This document shows, one piece after another, positions 24,701-38,700 of a DNA stretch of 64,000 nucleotides. This DNA comes from Antedon mediterranea (Eukaryota > Animalia > Echinodermata), in contig NC_092678.1 in the NCBI RefSeq assembly GCF_964355755.1, forward strand, positions 19,485,365-19,549,364, read 5' to 3'. How positions within the stretch are numbered: position 1 is the stretch's first letter; each line of letters begins with the position of its first letter. Position numbers and translations under genes: made by a program. The notes beneath the pieces were generated by a model. It did not search any database. It worked only from the letters and a program-made list of their open reading frames with translations, and had not been told where the DNA came from.

Positions 24701-25574
24701 TGTTGATATTGCAATGTTATGTATGGTTTATAAACAAATCTGTACGCTCGTATTGCTATTAATTGAGCACTCATAATAATTGGGGTTTTCCTATTTTCAA
24801 CGCTTGATATAGCCATGTTGGTTTGTACCTATGTTTACGATTGTTTTGCTATTTTGTAAGTAGCTTAATCGAGTAACCCATATAATTTCAGTTTGAATAA
24901 TAATGATATTATTACATCTGTTTAGCCAAAGCTTTCAAATGCACATTTTATGCATTATGCTGTATTACTCGAACACTAAGCAGTTAAACCATGTCATTAT
25001 CAAAATCGTGATGTTTGATTTAATTCACGTATTACCACCGTATGCTTAAACAAACACATGTATTCTATTAATTGAATTCATCAATTCCCAGTTCCAATCA
25101 ATCGCCGTGGGTACACAGTACTAACGGCCTCGATCCTATTGAAACTATATAGTTGTTTGTGTATATATTTTCGTAGAAAATAATTAGAGTCAATAATACC
25201 GATAGAAAGAAACACTTTAATTAAAAATATAATTAGCGCACCTGTACGGTGATTCATTCTTTTGAGTCATTGTTCAAATTTCTAAACAATCTTTTAAAAA
25301 TCAAAGACCGTGAATATGATCCAACTAATCCAACTCACATTATGATTCTTGAATTAAATTAATTTGAAGCAATGACTTCTTTTATTATGAGACAACATCA
25401 ACCGGTTTTCATTTTCCCATAAAAGATACTTTTTAAAGTGAAATGTCGTGTGATGACGTGAAATCAATTCGTGTCGTGTCACTCGATGTTAAAAAAATAA
25501 CACTATGTCTCGTTATCTATCGCATTTTTCGTAGTTTAATAACATCCGATTGTATTTTTTTTAGGCCTACATTG

Positions 25575-25900
25575 TGAAATGTAACTATCTCTGAAAATAT
25601 CACTTTCTTACCCGTTCTAAACTCCTAAATTCGCGGAGAATTTTTAATTGTTCTACAATGCCTCGTAAAACTCAAATTTAGTTTTTTTGTGAAATGTCAC
25701 ATTTTAAAACTTTTTTGGTGAATGTCACTTTTTGTGAAAATGCCACTTTTTGAGAAAATGTCATTTTTTTGTGAAAATGTCATCTTTTGTGATAACGTCA
25801 CTTTTTGTGAAAATTTCACTTGTAAAAAATGTCACTTTTAATGAAAATGTCACTTTCTGTGAAAAAAACGCTTGTTCTTAAAATGTCACTTGTTCTTAAA
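25575..25900. repeat. ~19-bp minisatellite (gtgaaaatgtcactttt)
   Basis: About a dozen imperfect units. Confidence 0.8.
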
Positions 25901-28900
25901 TCCGTTATAAAATCATAAATCTGAGAAATAATTATATTGCTCGGTCTACACACGCTTTATATAAAAAAAATGTTGTACGAACCAGGGAGTATTAAAATCC
26001 CTGTACAAACACATGGTTTTTATTGATTTGAACCTACGACCTCTGTCTTACAGGACGAATAAACCACAGTGCCATAAACTGTAAAATCAGTGGACTGTTG
26101 ATTCCACTGAGACCATCGTCTACTTATCGTAAGCCTGATTAAACCAGATATTTCGATTCGTTTTAAAATTATATTCGGATTAAATTTGTTTTTCTAATAT
26201 TGCAACAAATAATTCGAATCGTCGGCTTAACAAAACAGCCATTGATTTGATTATGTATCGGTCATTAATATTTTTTTGGTTAAAGTACAGCGGCGTAATA
26301 AACATCAACAATGTCTTTGTATTTTTCTTTTATGGAGCGCTTAGCAAAACAAACAGTGATCGGAATTATAGCCAAGAAATAGAATTCAATTTTTTCCGAT
26401 ACGATTCGTATTAAGAGTATAACAAACAGTATATCAATTTATTTGTTGTATTAATAACTTACTCACGTGGTATTTCGATATACTTGAAAATTGAATTTGA
26501 AGATTTATAAAGCTGTTTCATTCTACTTCAAACGACTGGTCAATTTAAATTTTATATCAATCGCTTTCTGGTTACGGTAAGTCGGTGTTTTGATTAATGT
26601 AGTAATAACATTATGGAATATTAGAATAAACATATTTAGATATCAGTATTTTTTAGACTTTGTTTGAGGTGTGAGAGAACATTATTACTTAATTATCAAT
26701 AAATCTAAATGCGATACCATTCAACAATTTATCGTTCCAACCTTTATTATCTAAACGGCAAGAAGAAGAATTGTAATGGTCTAACATTTAAAAGCTTATG
26801 TATATACGATATTCCATTATTTAACAACACGACGTTACGTCTTTCCGTACCGTGAAAAAGAACAAGTGTGAATGTTGCTTTAAGCGTGTATAAGCGAATT
26901 GACCAATCACAAGCAATGTATTATTTCAACTGTCGCTTGTGATTGGTCATTTTGCTTGTGTTCCGGCTTACGTCCTTGCGTTGCGCCTAGTGAGAGTCAA
27001 GCTTAAATGGTCGTATTACTTAATCCCATTTGTCATTAACTCCTATAAAATCCCGTCGTATACACTACCTCTAATAACTCCGATACGTTTTATAAATACA
27101 CGTTTAAACGCAGCGTATTATATCACACACGTGTGAAATAAAAATCGATTGCAACTATATTTAACTCCAATAGAGAATAAATAAATAAATCAGGTACCTA
27201 CAGTACTGCGTGTCGAGATCCCTAATCAGAGATATTCGAATCAAACTCCTAAGCTAAATTAGTACATGAAATGTAAATCAGTAATGCCGTTAAATTGTTA
27301 TATTGAAACACCCATATGGTTTACAACATTGTGCATAAATGTAACTATAATACGACTTCTGTTTTGTTATCGATCCAGACTTATTTACATAGCCAGATAA
27401 ACAATGCCCTGGAAATGTTTGAAAAAAATTGATAATTCTATTCAATAAGATATCATTTATGATAATGTATTCAATGTATCCGATAATGTACACCTGTTTA
27501 ATAGACAATATGTACATGCCATTGAACTTAGAGTAAATGCATGAGAGCAGCGAATTGAACTTATCTCCGCGTGTGAACAAGGCAGTGGAGTTACTAACGC
27601 CACTCGCTAATCACGTCCTTGCAGTGACGTTTGGCCATGCGAAAGAGATTTAGATGTTAGGCATAATACTAATAAATAATTAGTGTACTCATGTTATTCT
27701 TAATTTGGTATGAGAGAAATAATAATTCGAACACATTTAATATGACACGCTCAATTCGAATGTGTATGAAAGTGTGACTCTATGTGCTGGTATAAAGTTC
27801 AACTAATCTGATTTAATGACATTTGAAGCACATCATATTTTCTTATAACTCATTTCCAAGATCCGAATAATGAATTTTTTTTTCCGCGTTGTTCAGTAAG
27901 CAAATATTTATCGCCATAAATCATCTGGTGACTACATCATCACGATATTAAAATTATTGTTCGCTCATATACTTTCAACGTATGCCATAGACTTGCCCCG
28001 ATTCTGAATTTATTGTCTTTTTAATGTTAGTCCACCAGTCGGCGTTTCGATTTTTGTCTGAAAATTAATACGAGCTCATGTTTTATACGTATGGAACGCC
28101 ATATGTGCCAACTTAGTTATCTTTTTACTAATTTCTGTCTAGAATCTTTAATTCGTATGCCGGTATAATGCACAGTGTCACTCGCGTTCTTCAACATGCA
28201 AAGAACATGTGTTATTTTCGTATGGAAAGTTATATTAATTTCATTTTATTGAAAAAATCGTTCCAGTCTCCGTTTTACCCTTAGCGTCTCCTCTGCTGGA
28301 GTTATCTGTCCAGTATGCGTTGTCTATACTAATGGCGTCTGGTCAGTCATTTGGGATACTTTTAATCTAGCCTCTATAACGGCATAGTAATGCATTGGTT
28401 CCAGTTCAATTCTAATATGCTCCGTGTGCTAATAACTTCTTTTTGGATCGTAAAAGCCGATGGTCCCGTGTGTAACAAGAGATTATTTTCTCGATACATT
28501 TAAATGCTTTTCCTCGAAAATTATTTGATGTGTCGAACGTAATTAAGAATTGCGGTGATTAAAACAGACGCGTTAAACACGACATGCGGTACTATAGAAC
28601 TAAACATCTTTCACTTAATATTGTCACCGGCAGTCGTATGGATAGATGAGCAGAAATGCGATTATGTTACTCCTCGAATTTTACTCGATATGTTAAATGG
28701 TTTTTAGATTATTACATAGGCCTACATAAGGCCAGTCATGTGAATAGATTAGTAGAATGCGTTTATGTTACTCCCTCGAATTTTACTCGATATGTTAACT
28801 GTTTTTAAAATTATTACATACATAATAGGCCTACATACATAATAGAAATATCTTTAGCCAATTTTACTCGCAGTGGTATGTCAGCCGATCGCCGAAACTC

Positions 28901-29327
28901 GGTAGGTCCTCTGTATCTAAATTTGTCCCGTATCATAGGAAAATTCCATAATACAGTATCTCATATGTTTCATATGTGACTCCTGTGTCAAAAGAAAATA
29001 GCCCTAACCCTTAATATAGCCTTCCGTGATACAGGAATTTGCATTGACACTGTTAAAATGCTGTCATTATGTGGTGGATATACAACATTGTTTTTCCGTT
29101 GATTTGAAATTATAGTTTATAACAACTTAATCCCTATATAATGTTTAGCACTGCATATCCTCGCGTTTGATATTTGGGTGACACGCGATTACTTGCCTGA
29201 AACACTGTATCAGGCACTAGTATTGTACTATTAACGCTTCAATTTCACTCAAACATTTTTTTTTTTTAAACTATCTTTATATTATATACGTAGGCCTACA
29301 TGTATTGTATAAAGTACGATATCTCAT

Positions 29328-29507
29328 GCTCTGTCTACACTATCAGACTAGTTTGAAAAAAAGAAGTTTGATCCAAATATGGTAGTGATATGCCCAAATA
29401 TGGTAGTGATATGCCCAAATATGGTAGTGATATGACACCATCATGTCATGATGAGCATACATGTCACATTTTGTTACCACATCAAGTGTGATAGTGTAGA
29501 CAGAGCT
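29328..29507. mobile_element. MITE family A copy with 3 x 21-bp internal repeat
   Basis: GCTCTGTCTACACTATCA...TGATAGTGTAGACAGAGCT termini and (ccaaatatggtagtgatatgc) x3. Confidence 0.75.
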
Positions 29508-29970
29508 TGAAAACAGTCCTAGGGTATTCATTAATTTCCATCTGACGTGAACAGTTGAATATCTTGAGAGGTTTCTCCAACATTGAAGTGAACAAACATA
29601 AAGTCGTATTTGCTTTATTTTATTTATTTATTTTATATATTTAGGCAAATTGCCAAGGATAACCATAAGCAAATTCAATCACTATCCTTCTTAAAGGTGG
29701 CAATCCGTTCACGAGACAAACATATACACACAATGCTCTACATAAACAAAGTCTTTATTACAAGTCTTTGGGAGTGGAGTTGTAAATTGTCATTAGAAAA
29801 AATCCTGACATATGACAGGACTTGAACCCAGGACCCTTGGATTGACAGACAAGCATCATAACCACCAGGTCACAACTCCATAACCACCAGGCCACAACTT
29901 TCACCTACCTAATGGTTTATTTGTATTGTTTGTGTGTTATATTCATTTTTATTGTCAGAATATCTTTAAC

Positions 29971-30500
29971 AATTCAGTTTTAGAAATACATGGATTTGGC
30001 CAATATTTTGAAGATTATTGTAAATATGAATACATGGAAAGTGGTGTTCTTGCATCAATAGTAGACGGTTAGCCAGGGAAGAATGAATTATTTTCAATCA
30101 TCTCTTGGTTAACATGTATCTTGGTGATTATTAATGTTGGTATAGAAGATGGCTAGGCCTATTATTAAAATTTCTTTTACCACAATTTAGTTAAAAAATA
30201 TCCATGGATTAGGCCAATATTTTTAAGATTATTGTAAATAGGAATACACGGAAAGTGGTGTTTTCTATCCAATATCACAGGTGTCAGTTGACAAATATCT
30301 TGGTGATTATTTAATGTTGGTTTAAGAAGATGTGTGGCTAGGACTCTTATCAAAATTGCTTTAAAAATTCAGTTAAAAAATATGCATGGATTAGGTGAAT
30401 ATTTTAAGGTTATTGTAAATATGAATACATGCAAAGTGGCGGTGTTGTATTCAATATTACATTTGACGGCTGACAAATAATATATCGATGATTGTTAATG
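29971..30500. repeat. ~3 x ~200-bp diverged tandem repeat
   Basis: Unit aatt(c/t)agtt..aaata..catggatt.gg..aatatttt.aagattattgtaaata.gaataca.g.aaagtgg at ~29971, ~30184 and ~30366. Confidence 0.8.
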
Positions 30501-31536
30501 TATCTATGCACGAAAATGTATATAGACATGAGTTACTGATGACAATGTATGGGTGAGGCCAGGAATACTGACACAGAGTGCAGCAGCTACTTTGGGACAT
30601 GCACCTCTATTAAGAGGACTCTCTCCCGTCTTATTTAAGCGAAATTAAGGGGCATGTGTTTGATACAGAAAGTGTCTTCTTAACAGAGATACTGATGTAA
30701 TCAAAAAATGGTGGTTCATAAAATTATATTTTTTTAAATCATAAAATCTGATAACTGTGCTTGGATTATAGAATGTATTTAAATAGAAGAATAAAATTGG
30801 TAGCATGGCATGGTAACTAACAATAATACATTTCCGATAAATTTATATGTCGGGTAGTAAAGATCTTATCTTATTTGATAAATCGCAGCTCTATTGTGTA
30901 CATGAATATGGCTGAGTGGTAATAAAAGTCCTAATCGTGGGTGGACTTTATTTAGTCGCTATTATTACAATCTATAAGTTCATTGGTTTATATTTAGGCC
31001 TAGAGTATGACTGAAGGTAGTAAGCGGGTCATACCGCAAAAAAAGTACATTGAATGGCCATGTACCTGGTGACGAATAATTATATTCAAATAGATTCAAC
31101 CACGGTTTCGTGGTGGCCTAGCTTTATACCATTGGATGTAAATTGTTGGTGGCTTTTATTGAATGTTCGAAGGCGAATGTCATAAACACTGATTATCGTG
31201 AGGATTCGCACGTGATAGCCAGTCTACCCCACCCATACCCCGTCTCGTAATGATAATTTAGACCTACATTTTCCTATAGGTCTATTTATTATTTTCTATC
31301 ACCTCATATCACATACTATAAAGTTTAGTTTTAATCGACTATCTATAAACATGTTTTAAATATAAAATATTCCTTTTAACTTTAAGTAAGTTTTCAAAAT
31401 AAATTAAGAATATATTGTTTAATACGTTTTCATAAGATCACCTTTTTCACTTATACTTGTACAGTACTTATCTTGACTTAAGAACACCGGTTGAACATAC
31501 ATTGTAATTGGTGAGTTTACGTGCGTTACGCGCATA

Positions 31537-31719
31537 AAGCTTGGTTTCCACTAGAACGTAACGCAAGGACGTAAACGCAACGCAAGCGTTTTAACCAATG
31601 ACAAGCGAAGGTATAGACAGTTAACAATCACAAGCGAATAAGCCATCGCTTGTGATTATAGTCAATTCACTTGCGTTGCGTTACGTCCTTGCGTTGTGTC
31701 GCTAGTGGGAACCACGCTT
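31537..31719. mobile_element. MITE family B (AAGCTTGGTTYCCACTAG TIR, TA flanks)
   Basis: Long imperfect hairpin and near reverse-complement of 41054-41232. Partial copies at ~19790-19915, ~26880-27004, ~34057-34147, ~42830-42974. Confidence 0.8.
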
Positions 31720-32740
31720 TAGGGTGTACCAATTGCTTACGCCTTGTGTACCAATTTCCTGCCCCATGTGTACCGCCGCCCTTCGTAACACGATCTATTC
31801 TTTGTTTATCTAACTCGTTCTATATTTTAAAATTCTGTATTTGTTCAATATTAGGAATCTTAGAATGTATTCTTCCACTATTTGATTTTTCTGAAATCTT
31901 CTTTCAAATGTTTAATATGAAGTGTTATCACAATTTTTACAACGAGAGAAATTTACTAGAACACAGTTTGTGTAAACAATATTTGTTTATGATTCTGGAT
32001 TTGTATACAGTCTGAAAAACATTTGTCAATATTGAAGTGGAAGGTCATATACTTTGTTATCAGGCCCTTATAACAAAATTGTCATCATTCTCTCAAAAGT
32101 GTGGCGGGGACGTTTTTTGTTGTTTTTTAATGCTCCATTTTCAGTGAGCTTTCGCTTCGGAACGATGACAGTCTGTATAAGCGCGGATTTGGTGGGCGTG
32201 TTGGAAAAGTTCCTACCTCAGTCTGGACTAAAACACCTAATTGTAACTTTAAAAAAAAGGCGTACGAGGATTATTATTTTTATTGAATTTAGAAAAGTCA
32301 AAGTGAATTCACAGTCTACACACACTATGATAAAATACTGTTTCACAATAAACTGATGAAACTGTCTGATCTTTTCTTTCTTTTGCGAATGCGAACACTC
32401 AACACTACTAGATAGCTTTCCAGATTATTTACAATAATGTTTATATCTGATTTTGATATACGCTTGTCATTATACATTCAAAACGTGTTGCTTGTTGACC
32501 CGTTTAGGCCTATGCTGGCAATAAAACTACCGTTATTTTAAAAAACGGTATAAAATCCGTATTCTCTTGCTCAGCAGAAGCAGTTAAAAATAAAAACTAA
32601 CATTCCATTTCAAAAGATAAAAACTGGTTTTACTTCTTAACTCTACTGGTTAAAGTAGGCGGCGTTTGATACTTCATATTTTGACATCGACGGCGTTTCA
32701 TACTTCATATTTTGATATCGACGGCGTTTCATATCATACT

Positions 32741-35700
32741 TCATATTTTGACATCAATCGTCATTGCTCGAGCAGTACCAATATCTGAAGACAAACATGT
32801 AAACAGATAATTGTGTACATAACATAATAGGCCTACGTGAATTTTGTAAACTTCAACCCGCAGTTTAATGTTTTTTATTTATATGTTTTGTGTTTGTCTG
32901 TGTTCTCTCCTGTAAGTGGTGAACCATGAGTTCACTGTTGGTTGGGAAATGAATAAATAAAATAATTGAATGATACAACTAAAGTGAAATGTTTAATTTG
33001 TATTGACTTAAGCGGAATACTTTTATCATAACGTATAATTGCTTTCTGTTTAGTAGTATCAATCTCTCTCTCTCTATTTTCTAAAGTTACGGTAAAGGAA
33101 ATAAAACCACCAACTCCACCGACAATGATATTCTTTGGTGTACTTGAAAGATTTTCGTTACTTACTTAACTTAAGTGAAATAGTATTGACTTAAGTGGAA
33201 TACTTTTATAATAACATAGGCCTACTGTATATACTTTTATAATAATAACGTTACTTACTTGTACTGACCCAAACCTCTGCTGACTTAGTTCGGCTGTATA
33301 CAATTCTAGGATTGGTGCCATAGCCATCAAATTCTCTACAATGAGTGGCTTCCAGAACTGCGAACCATCCCTTGTCACCAGCACACCCACTGTGGATGTT
33401 ACTCATATAAAAACTTCTAAAAATTTGATTGTAAGAAAATTAATTGATCGATAGATTCAATTTAATTCAATTTTAATTTTATTTCCACAATATAATAAAA
33501 TACCGTACATACATAAATGCAATGAAGTGATTATGTGGGGGGGGGGGGGGTGTCATATAAGTCATAAAGTTTGACCCACCCCAAGATATAACATTAAATA
33601 CGAAAAAAGAAAAAAAAATATACATTTACTAATAATAAATATAAGAAAACAAAGCTACAATTCTACAATTTCTTTTTAAACCATATTATCCAATCTTAAT
33701 ATATATATATATATATATTTAACGTTCATCATATCTTGAAAGTAAATAGTTCTTGTATACTAATTTAATAGTTATTTAATCATTTATCTATACTGCCAAA
33801 AGAGCAATTAGATCTTAATTTAAAAATGATTTTGATTGTGTTTTTGTGAAATTTTCACGACGTATTTAGTTTTGTTGTAAAGCTCTGTCTACAATATCAC
33901 ACTTGTTTGGAAAAAAAATAGTGTGATGTCCCAAAATATGGTAGCAATATGACATCATCATGTCCGTATATGGTCACATCACATTTTTTTATATAGTGTA
34001 GACAAGGCTTAAGGAGGAAGAGAATTTAAAAGTTACTGCGCATGACCCATGAGTCTTAAGCTTGGTTTCGACTCACGGAAGGCAAGTACGTAGGCGTGTC
34101 GCAAGTTGACCAATCATAACGTTGCGTTGCGCTCAAGCGGGAACCAATTGCATTGAATTATACATACCGGCCGCCATGTGAGTTCGCTATTGTAAATATA
34201 TTAGAGGAAGCAGTTTGCGTGTCATCCCAGGGTGAACTTTGAACTCTGTCTTTTGAAAACCAAGAAGACGTGGTAGAATCAACACCATCAAAAGTAATGG
34301 AAAACAACTCCTCATGAAATGCAGAGAATGCTGTCAATTTTACCTGTATAAAATCATATAAACTTACATTGCTTTATTAAATTCAATTTACTCAGGCAAT
34401 TGTGATTGATACATTAACCGATAATGTATTGATTAGGTTTTAATTTATAGTAGTAATTGATATTAGTGACGTATACCTGTTGAATATTTAATGTTGACCA
34501 GTTATCAAATATTACATTGTTTCTGTAAAATGTATCACTGATGAGAAATTGATGAGCATGGTTGCTTGATGTTCCTGTGCCAGTTTGCCAAGCGTTGTAA
34601 ATGCTAACTCCAGTCATAGATACACCCTTAAACACTCGAACCCATTCATTTCCTGTGCAGAAAAGTAAATTAAATGAGATGAAACCACATTGTGTCGATC
34701 TTTTTGTGACGTCATTCGATTTGATTTGTGATCATATTATTTTCATCGAAAACAGTATAAATGGTTTTCCTATAATTAGATGAAAACTGTTCTTTTTTTT
34801 TTGTTTCCTGTACTGTAGGAAAGATACCACTTTTTTTTCATTGTTCATTAGTATAATTAAGTGTAGTGTATAGTGTCATAATGAAGCTTTTGATTTGCGA
34901 AGACCGACATCCAACCTAGGTCAACCTAGGTCAACCTAGGTCAAATCGATGTGGCGTCGGTCGTCGCCTGGGCCTAAACCACCAACCCTGTGTCGAGATG
35001 AGGAGTGAGGACACACCCCAATATCTCCGCATGCGTAGAATAAATTAACTTGACGTAGTTTTTCTCGCAAATCGAAAGCTCGAATGCCTGGCCCGGGTCT
35101 CTCCCCCCACCCGCCCACAATACCGAACGGGTCGACGTCATTAGATTAGCGAGTGATCAAAGGGATAATTTAACGTAGTCTAAACCTGCGATTATTTTCA
35201 TACCACAACGTGCAGCTACAACTTACCAATTCTACAACCTAAAATTTCAGCTCGTAAACTGCGGTAACTGTAATAACCTTTAGGGTAAATCCTGATAGCT
35301 ACGCCTTGTATTACTGGATTAAAATAATGTATTCGTATGGTAGATCCGTCCGAATTTCCGTCAAAAATCTGTATAGAAAATAAAATGAAAAATACCTAAG
35401 GGGTTAGGTGGTGGAAATATCAAATTTCGAGGTGTGTCTCCAATTAAGTTAAGTTGACAACAAGTTCATTTATTTTTTATTAGTGATAGAACCCGGAAGT
35501 AATAGTAATAGGCCTACAGTAGGAAACAAACTTTACACACCCTCCGTCAGAATGGCAAGAGGTTATGACGTGGTCGGTCACGTGTGGTTGTTTGTTCCTT
35601 TCTATATTTGTTAGTTAGCAGGAAAAAAAGTCAAAAAGTTATTTCCCGATTTCCATAATATTTTAAAGGATGATTTAATGGGAACACTTCATAACATTTG

Positions 35701-38700
35701 TAAAACGTCATTACATTTGTAAAACGTCATTACATTTGTAAAACGTCATTAGGCCTACATTTGTAAAACGTCATTACATTTGCCTAATCTAAAATTTGCG
35801 CTCTTCTACTTTGTGTCTTCAATTAAAAATGTGCTCGTTTTGATTACGTTTCAAAATTATTATACCACGTTGATACCTTAGGATGTCCATGACCGTCAGA
35901 GATGAAATGTTCACCACCTTGGTTCACTTTGATGTAACTTATTGTGTAGGTTTTCACCCATTGGTTTAAAGTACCTCCCCTTCCCTGTGTCTGGATACCA
36001 GTAATATTGTGCTCAACCATCAAGTGTATTTGAATCCAAGTGTTAGTATCTGAACTAAGCGCAACCCAACAAGGCATGCATGAAGACGTTCCTAATGAGT
36101 TTAATCTGGCACACTTTGGACCGTGGTCTGCAGAATTCCCGTGCATAGAACTGGCACTTAATTGTCCATCAAAAATGTTTCCAGATTCTATTCCAAGAGG
36201 TTCTAGGCATTCTATTTAGTTAAAAACAAAATAGATTAGACTATTGTATATCATACGATGACCCACAACTACCATGTGAGTGCTCAGTTCTTCATTGGAC
36301 ATTTTAGTCGCATACAACGCAACTCTACAGCTCACTATGTCGGTCGGTCGGTTTGTCGGTCGGTTTGTTGGTCGGTCGGTCGGTTTGTTGGTCGGTCGGT
36401 CAGTCGGTTGGTTGGAAGCCATGTATATGGCCTTGTTACTGTATGTACAGTAGTCACACGGTACTGCGATGGCGCTAGTTACTCTTCGTTACGCTTGATT
36501 AATTCATAGAATGACGTAATGCATAAGGTATAAATACGTAGCAAGCTGGGTATACTCCTTTTTTATTGCTGGTACTGGCGGATCAGCGCAATTATAACAG
36601 GCCATCGTTGTTGTAAATAAAGTACCTTATGAATTTAATTCATTGTCTTACTTTATACTTGTGATATCGCAGATTGAATGGAATTACCAATTAGCGTATC
36701 CGTATGTCTTTATTTACACAATGTTTTAAATAATAGAATATTAGTATCTGTATACTGTGAATAATAATAGTATGGAATTGACTTACCTGGTGACGGACAC
36801 TGCTCTACTAGATATCCAGTCCCTGAACAAAAACAAAGATGGCGTCTCAGAGCACCAGGAACATTGATACAAATATTTTCAGACCCACAATCAACAGATG
36901 CACATATACCTTCCGCCTTCTGTAATTAAAACATAATTATTGATGATGAAAAATGAGGTTTTTAGTCGCGTGCAACGCGACTCTACAGCTCACTATGTCG
37001 GTCGGTTGGTCGATCGGTCAGTTGGTCGGTCGGTTGGTCGGTAAACACTAACTTGAGCACGTGACTGCAGCCATGTATATGGCCTTGTTGAATAAAAATA
37101 TAATAATATTATCTGGAAAATTGATTAAATAATATTTTGAAAAAGATAGATTGTTGAAGTAAACAATTTAATCTAAAAGTTCGGTGTTTTTATTATTATT
37201 TGCAATTGTTTAATTTGATTTATTATAACTAAAAATATTTATTTATTATAATATGAATTATAAAAACCATTTATAAAACCCATGGTTGGTTTTAAGTCGT
37301 AACACTATATTTAACTCGTCACCCTGACGATTCGGCTTATCAGTGTTAAGTCACTGATGGTAATACACGATGACATACGCAGGAAAGTACTTATTATGTA
37401 AATATTTTTATAGTGTTGAATTGTGTAATTGTGTCTATTTTGTGTGTCATATAGTATGCAGTACACTGAAACTATACCAATAAGTGAAAACGGCACCTAT
37501 TTATATTTTGACTGAAACATAAAGATGAATATTTCAGAAGATAATTGTCTGAGCAAAAACATCCGAAAATCAGGCACGTGGGAGCTAGATTCGCGATCTC
37601 TTGAATGTGATAACTATGACGATATGAAAATCATACTTTTTGAATTCATCTGACCATATGACTACCGTACGTCACAACATCTTATATTCAACTTTTTTAA
37701 TGAATTTATATCTGTAACATAGGCCTAATTATTTATTTAGCTTTTTTTCATTTCTTTCTTATATTTATACCAGAGTACTGTATTATTTCAGGTTTTACTA
37801 TATTTTTAAATGATAAAAAGTGAGAATCTTTCCTTTGAAGATTATTAATATTTTATTCAGATTACATTTACAGACGTGATGGATGAGTTTATTTAGGTAT
37901 ATAGTATAGTATGGTAGCTGACCTCAAAGGTCAAATCTGAGAATTGGCAAATTTGAAACTTACGTCAACCTCATGACTCATTTCGATGTATCTTTCTCCT
38001 GCGAACTCGGCAAAATTACTCTCGTCTTCGGTGCGAGTAGCGTCATTTAGTTTGCATGTATTTTGGTTGTAGTTAACTGATTTACATTGCTGGTTCTTTA
38101 TACAGTTTGTGACACAAGAAGCCAGAGTACAGTCAGTGACAGTGGCAATTTCATTGTTTTGGAGTTTGTAGTCCTCTACAATTACTATGGTCTCGTATGC
38201 ATTATCTGGCTCTGGAAGAAAAAGTTATTTAGATTAAAAGCCGTCGCGCTGTCATAAATTGCAATAATTCACTCATTACAATATAAAGAAAGAAAGTTCG
38301 ATTGGGGAGGGGGATCGGGAGGAGAGAAATGTCTTTGTATCCAGACCTTCGTACCTTGTAGTTGGCGCGCCTATTCTCATTTACATTAAATAGAGTTTCC
38401 ACTAGGTGAATTTGTTCGCGCGAATCGAAAGCGTCAGCTTATACGCATGCGTATAAAGAAAGAAAGAAAGAAAGAAAGAAAGGGGAAAGAAAGGGGAAAG
38501 AAAGGGGAAAGAAAGGGGAAAGAAAGGGGAAAGAAAGGGGAAAGAAAGGGGAAAGAAAGGGGAAAGAAAGGGGAAAGAAAGGGGAAAGAAAGGGGAAAGA
38601 AAAAGGAAAGAAAAAGGAAAGAAAAGGGAAATAAAAGAAAGAGTAGGCCTAAGAAAAAAAAGAAAAGCAGAGAAGAAAGGAAAGAAAGAAAGAAAGCAAG

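Noticed and set aside
33166-33390. ORF-track protein MGVLVTRDGSQF...
   Set aside because: Wrong frame. The true exon (33416-33259) reads SFYMSNIHSGCAGDKGWF... in the frame set by the splice phases.
36216-36509. ORFs with PTDR/SVGR repeats
   Set aside because: Translation of the (GTCG)n microsatellite in a HINE-like element.
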